A stretch of DNA of 12,224 nt from a bacterium (GTDB lineage: Bacteria; Hinthialibacterota; Hinthialibacteria; Hinthialibacterales; Hinthialibacteraceae). The notes below the pieces were generated by a model, which saw nothing but the letters and a program-made list of their open reading frames with translations, ran no database searches and was not told the DNA's origin. Every line of letters begins with the position of its first letter. Positions within the stretch are counted from its first letter, which is position 1. This document shows positions 6,288-12,224 of this stretch, in pieces. Location of the stretch: positions 1 to 12,224 of the forward strand of contig JBHGBC010000174.1 in NCBI GenBank assembly GCA_041946805.1, read 5' to 3'. Position numbers and translations under genes: made by a program.

Positions 6288-8912
6288 TCATTTTCTGGGA
6301 TCGGATGGTTGAAGTTCCATCCGGATGGTCTTGATCTCGAACGGTCTGAGATTGAATAGCAATGTGTCGTTAGCAACCTCTAATTTTAGGCCCGGATCCT
6401 CTATTAGGTTGACTTCCATGGCATCCAATACATGCACCGATAATATGATTTTTACTCCAACAGCAGGCTGTCCCGCCGCCTCGTAAACCCGAAGTATCGC
6501 AGAGCCGTCCGCACCCTGTTTCAGCGCGGTCACGACAACCTGGGGATGGCTGATTTCAAGAAATCCCCAGCGGTTGGGTAAAATACCGGTATGCGCGGAT
6601 TCAGTGCGCGCCAGCAGCGGATGATTGAACTCTAATCCATCACGGTAAACAGCCCCCTGTCGCCAATCGCCGGTGTGGGGGACCAGCGCATAATCGAAGG
6701 TCAATTCCTGGCCTAATTCGAAGGCTGAATCGGAAGACATGCCGGGTTCGTATCCACCGGCAAATCCGTACGCGACAATCCGGGTGCTGCGCAAGAGCGA
6801 AAGCAACATTGTTCCACTGGAAACATTATTTCCGGGAAGTCCCCGATTCAGCAACGCCAAACCTTTTTCCCCATCGCTATAGTCAATCCAATTCTGAGCC
6901 GGGTATTCAATGCCCTCAGGACGCTGGATCGCCCCGAAGGGAATCTCGTGAACGCTCTCGCCGTTCGAGATGGAAGTAGGGAACATCACCCGATACCGGA
7001 CGAACTGATCGTTGTTGAGAAGCCGGGTGTGAATCTCAATCCGGCGCAAATCGGCATACAGACGGATCGCCGTGCTGAAACGGCCCTTTTCGCCGAAGGC
7101 ATGAGTGACAGTAAACTCCGAAACCACAGAACCGTGGATAATTTTCCCTCTGGGTTCCGTCGAGGCTACACTCAAAAGCGCCGTATCCGGGGAAGGAGGC
7201 GGTTGCCGGTCTTTCATGGCAATCCGGCTGAAGCCGTCCAGAGGCCGGTACAGTTCCCAGATATCGCCGTGATCCGGTTCCTGGGCCACTACATTGCCCG
7301 GCCCGTTTAGAGCATTCCAACCGTCCCTTTTAACCATCAAGCGGGTAATCGCGCCGCCGACTGGATCGAGATCGAGGCGATAGTATTCGTTCTCCATGGC
7401 GGAATCCGGCATCGGCGTCTCCGCGCCGGCGGAAGAAGGCCGCGACGAACGCAACGAAACCACACGATAGACAGAATAGCCCAGCGCGGGAACACCGCGG
7501 GCCACGAATGCGATTTGGCCTTGGAGCAAACGGCCATCCGCGTTGGGCTGGCTTTTCATGATCTGAACCGGAACCGGTTGTCCCAGAGGATCCAACAATT
7601 GGAGATCGCGGACACCGCCGTCTGAAAATCCAACTTCCGCCCGGACGATGTCGGTGCGCTCCCAACTCAAGGGATTGAACACAACCAACGCGGTTCCTTC
7701 GCCCTGGGTGTCAATCAGAGAGGCAATCCCTCGGAACCGCGCTTCCAATTCCTCCTCGGCGATCCGTTTGGAAAAATCGTAGCCGCGGAGGGTGTCTTCA
7801 TATACACGATCGGTCATTACGCCGGACATCAAGTCATGGGCATGGTTGAAAAGCATCGGCTCCCAGGCCCGCCAGAGGATTTCTTCCTCCACCGGCGATC
7901 CCAATCCACGCAGAATCACCCCGAGTTTTTCGGATGTGAGCAGCAGCCGCTCCAGATCGCGGGTCCGCTGTTTCAGCTCAATCCGGCTGCTGTACGTCCC
8001 TTGGAAAATCGGATTGAGTTCTCCCGTAACCACGGGCCGCTCAGGACGCTTGGCCACCGCAGATTCAAAATCGATGGGAGTGGCAAAACGCAATTCAAAG
8101 GGCGCGTCCGGCTGGTCATTGAACCGTTCCAGCAGCGGTGGGACATGCTCCTCCGGCTCATTGACATCGGCTCCCGCAAGAACTACACGGTCCTTTCCTC
8201 GAACCTGCGGTGTCAGGATTTCAAATTTACTTTTCATGAAGGCATTGAACTCGGGCTGCGTCTGGGGTGAACCATAAGCCAGGGAGTATCCTTGGGGAAG
8301 CCAAAACGCGGGAATTCGGGTACCGTCAATCCCTTCCCACAGAAATTCGGAAGGGGTATTCCGGTCCGGCACGCCCCGAAAGAACCAGAACGACTTGTAT
8401 CCCGCCATTCTGAGCAACTGTGGCATTTGTGCATGGTGCCCAAACGTATCCAACAACCACCCCACGGTTATATCCACACCCAATTTTTGCCGGAAATACC
8501 CCTTGCCATAAAGCACTTGACGCACGAAGGATTCCCCGCCGGGTATGTTCACATCGGGCATTACATCCGTGCCGCCGGCGGCCGCTAACCGGCCGTCTGC
8601 AAGGAACCGGCGGAAAGCGGCTGCTTCCTGCGGATAGCGTTCTAGAAATGGTTTTATGTAACAAACTTGATCGAGAACGAAACGGTAATGGGGACAGGTT
8701 TTTAAAATCCGCAAAGCTCGTAAAATGTTAGGCAAACCGATCTCTAAATATTCCTGCCGGGTTTTGAAGACCGCCCCTTCCCAATGGGTATGAGGAATCA
8801 AAAAGAAAGTGTCCTGCGGATTCCTCTCGTCGGTCTGGATTGGCTCGGCGGTGGAAACGTGGCCCCATACGGTAAAAGCAATCAGGATACAAAACGCCGT
8901 CCGGTTTTTCAT
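6288..8912 (-). CDS. Glycoside hydrolase family 38 (alpha-mannosidase-like), with Sec signal peptide, 874 aa
   Basis: GH38 motifs: HTHWE (8778-8792), GESFVRQVLYG, DTFGH with the nucleophile Asp (8448-8450), EFLWEGIDG, GTYSSR, NHAHDLMSG, VVFNPLSWER, EIPFG, LSLLRS, ILRVYE and PFEIKT. The N-terminus MKNRTAFCILIAFTVWGHVSTA is signal-like. GAAGG RBS upstream. Confidence 0.93.
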   Translation of the reverse strand: MKNRTAFCILIAFTVWGHVSTAEPIQTDERNPQDTFFLIPHTHWEGAVFKTRQEYLEIGLPNILRALRILKTCPHYRFVLDQVCYIKPFLERYPQEAAAFRRFLADGRLAAAGGTDVMPDVNIPGGESFVRQVLYGKGYFRQKLGVDITVGWLLDTFGHHAQMPQLLRMAGYKSFWFFRGVPDRNTPSEFLWEGIDGTRIPAFWLPQGYSLAYGSPQTQPEFNAFMKSKFEILTPQVRGKDRVVLAGADVNEPEEHVPPLLERFNDQPDAPFELRFATPIDFESAVAKRPERPVVTGELNPIFQGTYSSRIELKQRTRDLERLLLTSEKLGVILRGLGSPVEEEILWRAWEPMLFNHAHDLMSGVMTDRVYEDTLRGYDFSKRIAEEELEARFRGIASLIDTQGEGTALVVFNPLSWERTDIVRAEVGFSDGGVRDLQLLDPLGQPVPVQIMKSQPNADGRLLQGQIAFVARGVPALGYSVYRVVSLRSSRPSSAGAETPMPDSAMENEYYRLDLDPVGGAITRLMVKRDGWNALNGPGNVVAQEPDHGDIWELYRPLDGFSRIAMKDRQPPPSPDTALLSVASTEPRGKIIHGSVVSEFTVTHAFGEKGRFSTAIRLYADLRRIEIHTRLLNNDQFVRYRVMFPTSISNGESVHEIPFGAIQRPEGIEYPAQNWIDYSDGEKGLALLNRGLPGNNVSSGTMLLSLLRSTRIVAYGFAGGYEPGMSSDSAFELGQELTFDYALVPHTGDWRQGAVYRDGLEFNHPLLARTESAHTGILPNRWGFLEISHPQVVVTALKQGADGSAILRVYEAAGQPAVGVKIILSVHVLDAMEVNLIEDPGLKLEVANDTLLFNLRPFEIKTIRMELQPSDPRK

Positions 8913-9090
8913 TGGGTGACCTTCATTTATTCAGGCTGTAACCTGATACGCGTGCATCCGAGTTTGGAAACCGGGCGTTCCGAACCAGAGAACCCAAAAG
9001 AAATTGTACTTGGCCTCGGGTTTGTGCCGATCAAGGTGTCCCGGTGCGTGGTAAAATTCTTTTCAGTGCCCTGTATCAGCCATCCTGGCC

Positions 9091-9119
9091 AGTAGACCTT
9101 ACAAACACCCCAGCGTCAA
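9091..9119 (-). promoter_or_regulatory. Possible sigma70-type promoter for the GH38 operon
   Basis: Minus strand TTGACG (9119-9114), 17 nt spacer, TCTACT (9096-9091), about 180 nt upstream of the GH38 ATG. The -35 is good but the -10 lacks the conserved A. Confidence 0.25.
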
Positions 9120-9333
9120 GGGTACAAGTTACTACTCCAATTTAACAAAAAAATCGTCTCGGATTGGTGATGGCTGTCCAAAAGTGGATTCTCTTCTCGG
9201 TTTTTCCCTGGTGTGATTACATTGACTAAAAATGAACGGCTTTACGGATATTGAACCATCTCTTTGAAATCTCTAGGAAACTCCTTCTTTAATCTTCCCG
9301 ATTGTTTAGAAGGAAAAAGGATGAAGGAACATC

Positions 9334-9792
9334 ATGTCATCCCCCGTGCGATTGATCGATTTTCAGTCGCTTCGTTATCTCGCGGATCTTCGGGTCCTGT
9401 CCGTGAAACAACTGGCCGCCCTGGAAAACGCCAACGTCCGTTCCGTCCGGCGACGATTGGCGGCGCATGATCGGCAAGGATTCACCACCACAAGCGTGCG
9501 CATGCGAAACGGCGCGCTGGGAAAATCCGAACATATTTTCCACGCTACTCCTCGGGGCCTAAAACTCATGCAATCGGAGGGGCTTGGGGATTCCACCCAG
9601 CCCATTCCAGGGAAAAATTAAATCAACGTTGAGCATCAATTGAGCATTAATTGGATTTGGATTTCCGCCCTGCTTGTAGAACGTTTCCGGAGTTGGAAGT
9701 CCGCTGGCTGCCGCGTTGCACTCTGTCCTCTACCCACAGAGAAATATGAGGGAATATTTCCGATTCCAATCCTCCAACTCGAAATGGCATGA
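9334..9792 (+). pseudogene. Probable replication-relaxation (Replic_Relax, PF13814-like) gene remnant
   Basis: LRYLADLRVLSVKQLAAL...VRRRL...G...HIFHATPRGLKLM resembles the N-terminal wHTH of this family. Reading through TAA 9619-9621 gives INVEHQLSINWIW, matching the H-x-L-x-x-N helix expected next. The frame ends at TGA 9790-9792 beside the IS. AAGGA RBS precedes ATG 9334. 3' limit uncertain. Confidence 0.6.
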
Positions 9793-9832
9793 ACATGTCT
9801 CTATGAATTACCGGCTGTATAAAATTTGGTAA

Positions 9833-10659
9833 GAGACTGTACTTTTTTATCTTATCGGGAATGATGGAATCCGCCATGAATTATCCTAGTGATTGGACGG
9901 ATGCCCAATGGGAGACCCTCCACCCGCTACTCGAATACTCCAACGGGTATGGCAACCGGCGCCAACATCCCCTGCACTCCATGATCAATGCCATCTTGTA
10001 TCTGGTAGGGAAGGGGTGCCCATGGCGGCAGTTGCCCAATGATTTTCCGAATTGGAAAAGCGTTTACTCCTAACTACCTGCGATTGTGCTGGCGGGGCGC
10101 CTGGGAACAAATCATGGACGAAATCAATCGCCGGCACCGGTCCAGCAAGGCCGCCACCCGGATCCCTCCTACGTCATCATTGATTCGCCAAGCGTGAAAA
10201 CCGTCAGCGGCGGAGACACGCGGGGCTTCGACGGGGGAAAAAAAGTGAAGGGGCGAAAACGGCACATTGGCGTGGACATGGAAGGCCATTGATTCCATGT
10301 GGAGGTGACGGACGCGAATGTGGCGGACACGAGGGCAGGCGGTTATGGGATCGAATCGGTGATCACGAAACACCCCACCATCGAAGCGGCCTCGGCGGAC
10401 TCGGGGTATCGAGGCAACCCGGTCCATTACGCGGAGATCCTGCTCGACACGCGGGTGCATATCTCCACGAAAATTCAAGACAGGTTCGCCGTGTTGCCCA
10501 AACGGTGGATTATGGAAAGGACGTTCGCATGGATCACGAGCGATCGCCGGTTGTCCAAAGATTATGAGGTCAATCCGCGTCATTCCGAGAATATGGTTCG
10601 GGGCGCCATGGTGAAGAAAATCCTCGCGCTTATTTCTTCGATATCATGAAGAGAGGTTC
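9833..10659 (+). mobile_element. IS5-family insertion sequence (IS1031-group-like), defective
   Basis: Contains the transposase pseudogene. Flanked by TAA (9830-9832) and TAA (10660-10662), consistent with a TWA target duplication. Ends are GAGACTGT... and ...AGAGGTTC (degenerate IR). An alternative left end at 9791 matches the right end at 12/16, so the left boundary is uncertain. Confidence 0.75.
9876..10649 (+). pseudogene. IS5-family transposase pseudogene (~257 codons)
   Basis: YPSDWTDAQW...INAILYLVGKGCPWRQLPNDFPNW (DUF4096-type N-terminus), IIDSPSVK (D at 10182), GFDGGKKVKGRKRHIGVD, ADSGY (D at 10398), PKRWIMERTFAW (E at 10515), RRLSKDYE. Lesions: +1 insertion creating TAA at 10071-10073, compensating -1 near 10140, and in-frame TGA at 10290-10292. 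Confidence 0.92.
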
Positions 10660-10741
10660 TAATAGGTTGAGACATATGTCAAGAAGGTAAGGGCGACGTG
10701 ATGTCACCGGATGTCTTCATGCGGCGAAATGGTTACATCCG

Positions 10742-10771
10742 TTTAAAAACCCAACACGAGTATGATATGAT
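10742..10771 (+). promoter_or_regulatory. Possible extended -10 promoter for the UROD-like gene
   Basis: TGaTATGAT at 10763-10771 (TGn + TATGAT), with TTTAAA at 10742-10747 (18 nt spacer), about 75 nt upstream of ATG 10845. Confidence 0.35.
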
Positions 10772-10844
10772 AGTCAAAGAAAATCCTGCTGAATCACCAT
10801 GTAGGATGATACAAAATCCCAATGCTGTTACCAGGAACATAACC

Positions 10845-11957
10845 ATGACGCCCAAAGAACGAATGATGCGCGCGTTGAATCGGGAAAAGCCGGATCGCCT
10901 TCCTGTGTCTCTCCATCAATGGCAAAAATTCCATTTGGACGAATATCTCGGCGGAATCAGCGATATCGAGGCGTTTGAGAAATTCGGATTTGACGCCCAG
11001 GCTCAATATTTTGGCAATACCGGCCAGGTGCAGGAGGGAGGCGCTAGCCTCAGCGCCCTGGCGTCCGATTGGATTCTGGAAGAGAAAGTTATCGACCGCG
11101 ACCCGAACCATCGCATCAGCCATTATACGATCCATACGCCGGGCGGCGATCTTTCCTATAAAACCTGCGGGAACCGCCAGACCATTTGGGTGACGGAATT
11201 CCTAGTCAAGCGGGATGACGATATAGGCCTCATCGATCGATACATGCCCGTTTCTCAATTAAATCTCCAGGTGGTGAGTGAATTATACGATCGTCTGGGA
11301 GACCGGGGGATTCTTCGCGGTTTTGTCTGGGGCGATCAGGCGGGTTGCTGGCAGCACGCCTGTTGCCTGATGGATGTCCATCAATTAATCGTTGCCTGCT
11401 TTGACAAACCCGGCTGGGTACACGAGTTTCTTTCCATCCTGCTCCAAAAGAAACTGCAATTTATCGAGACGATGAAAGGCGCACAATACGATCTGATTGA
11501 GACCGGAGGTGGGGCGGGTTCCTCCACCGTTATATCTCCCAAAATTCACGAACAATTCTGTCTGCCCTACGACCGGAAAATCCATGACGCTCTGCACGGA
11601 TTGGGATTCAAGATAAGTTATCACACCTGTGGGGGAACGAGCAAAATCGAGGATCTGATCGCCGCCAACGGTTGCGATGTCACGGAAACCCTCGCACCCA
11701 TCAGCATCGGTGGCAATCAGGAACCGTGGGAGTTCGCTGCAAAGATCAGAAACCGTCTTGCAATGATCGGCGGACTCGACCAATTCAACGTGTTGACATT
11801 GGGAACGCCGGAAACCATCCGCGCCATGGTTTTCGAATTATTTGAAAAGGTGGGGAAGGAGGGCGGATATATCTGCTCCGCCTCGGATCATTTTTTTGAA
11901 ACGCCCCTTGAAAACCTTCAAGCGTTCTCCAGCGCAGCCAAGGAATGCGTATATTAA
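10845..11957 (+). CDS. Uroporphyrinogen decarboxylase-fold protein (UROD/MtaA-CmuA methyltransferase-like family), 370 aa; probably not a true HemE
   Basis: Family-typical start MTPKERMMRALNREKPDRLPV with AGGA RBS at 10833-10836. Motifs ISPKIHEQFCLPYDRKI, YHTCGG (11622-11630), IGGLDQ, GTPETIR and GGYICSASDH. The HemE RQAGRY signature is absent. Confidence 0.88.
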   Translation: MTPKERMMRALNREKPDRLPVSLHQWQKFHLDEYLGGISDIEAFEKFGFDAQAQYFGNTGQVQEGGASLSALASDWILEEKVIDRDPNHRISHYTIHTPGGDLSYKTCGNRQTIWVTEFLVKRDDDIGLIDRYMPVSQLNLQVVSELYDRLGDRGILRGFVWGDQAGCWQHACCLMDVHQLIVACFDKPGWVHEFLSILLQKKLQFIETMKGAQYDLIETGGGAGSSTVISPKIHEQFCLPYDRKIHDALHGLGFKISYHTCGGTSKIEDLIAANGCDVTETLAPISIGGNQEPWEFAAKIRNRLAMIGGLDQFNVLTLGTPETIRAMVFELFEKVGKEGGYICSASDHFFETPLENLQAFSSAAKECVY

Positions 11958-12224
11958 GTTAAATTTTCGGTATGGAGAATTAAAAAAATATATAATATTC
12001 CGGAATGGTCATCCGTCTTCGGGAGGAAAAGATCGAATAATATAAAATATTGCACGCCGCGGCATGGCCCGGCGTCTTGAGGAGATTCGGGAATGCCACA
12101 TTCCAAACTACTCCATTTATCTTCGCAAGATGGATGGCGGCCAGCATTGCTTGTTCAGTTATATCGACCTGCTTCCGTGAACCAAAATCCTAGTAAAATC
12201 CTCTCAACACCTTGATAAATAATG

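Noticed and set aside
8931..9083. Possible leader ORF MADTGH*KEFY...VTA* with an internal TGA (selenocysteine or readthrough)
   Set aside because: No Cys/Sec motif context, no evident SECIS hairpin, no RBS and no recognisable homology.
10233..10244. G5A7 run as a programmed frameshift site
   Set aside because: The conserved GGKKVKGRKR reads through it in one frame, and the real lesions lie elsewhere.
9619..10292. Stop-codon recoding to explain the in-frame TAA/TGA in the two pseudogenes
   Set aside because: Intact genes here terminate at natural C-termini with TAA, TAG and TGA, and the IS also carries indels.
10074..10583. 169 aa minus-strand ORF inside the IS
   Set aside because: It is the antisense shadow of the transposase, a common feature of IS5-family elements, with no independent support.
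10698..10844. 49 aa N-terminal extension of the UROD-like ORF
   Set aside because: The family-typical MTPKER start and RBS are at 10845, and the extension covers the likely promoter.
11958..12224. Short minus-strand ORF (~55 aa) or RNA gene in the terminal AT-rich region
   Set aside because: No RBS or motif support, and no tRNA or known ncRNA pattern is visible.
1..12224. CRISPR array, tRNA/rRNA or defence system
   Set aside because: No regularly spaced repeats, RNA gene signatures, or nuclease/NTPase defence genes were seen by eye.

Overview
Bacterial, fairly GC-rich window. Most of it (438-8912, minus strand) is a tightly spaced three-gene operon whose products all look exported: a GH38 alpha-mannosidase-family hydrolase with an atypical N-terminal metal motif, a Tat-signal L-fucose/L-arabinose isomerase-like protein with altered acidic ligands, and a ~1449 aa multidomain protein. 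The large protein has a putative YetA/PL26-like beta + (alpha/alpha)6 module, an unassigned ~250 aa module and a C-terminal Ser-Asp-His alpha/beta hydrolase. The window starts in the 3' end of a convergent FG-GAP-like gene, followed by a hairpin-rich spacer with a BoxC-like repeat. Upstream of the operon is a small patch of decayed mobile DNA: a probable Replic_Relax pseudogene and a triply broken IS5-family (IS1031-like) element. A divergent UROD/MtaA-like protein follows. No RNA genes or CRISPR arrays were seen. The best novelty candidate is the exported glycan-processing operon, especially the large fusion protein. All family calls are by-eye motif recognition with no database search.
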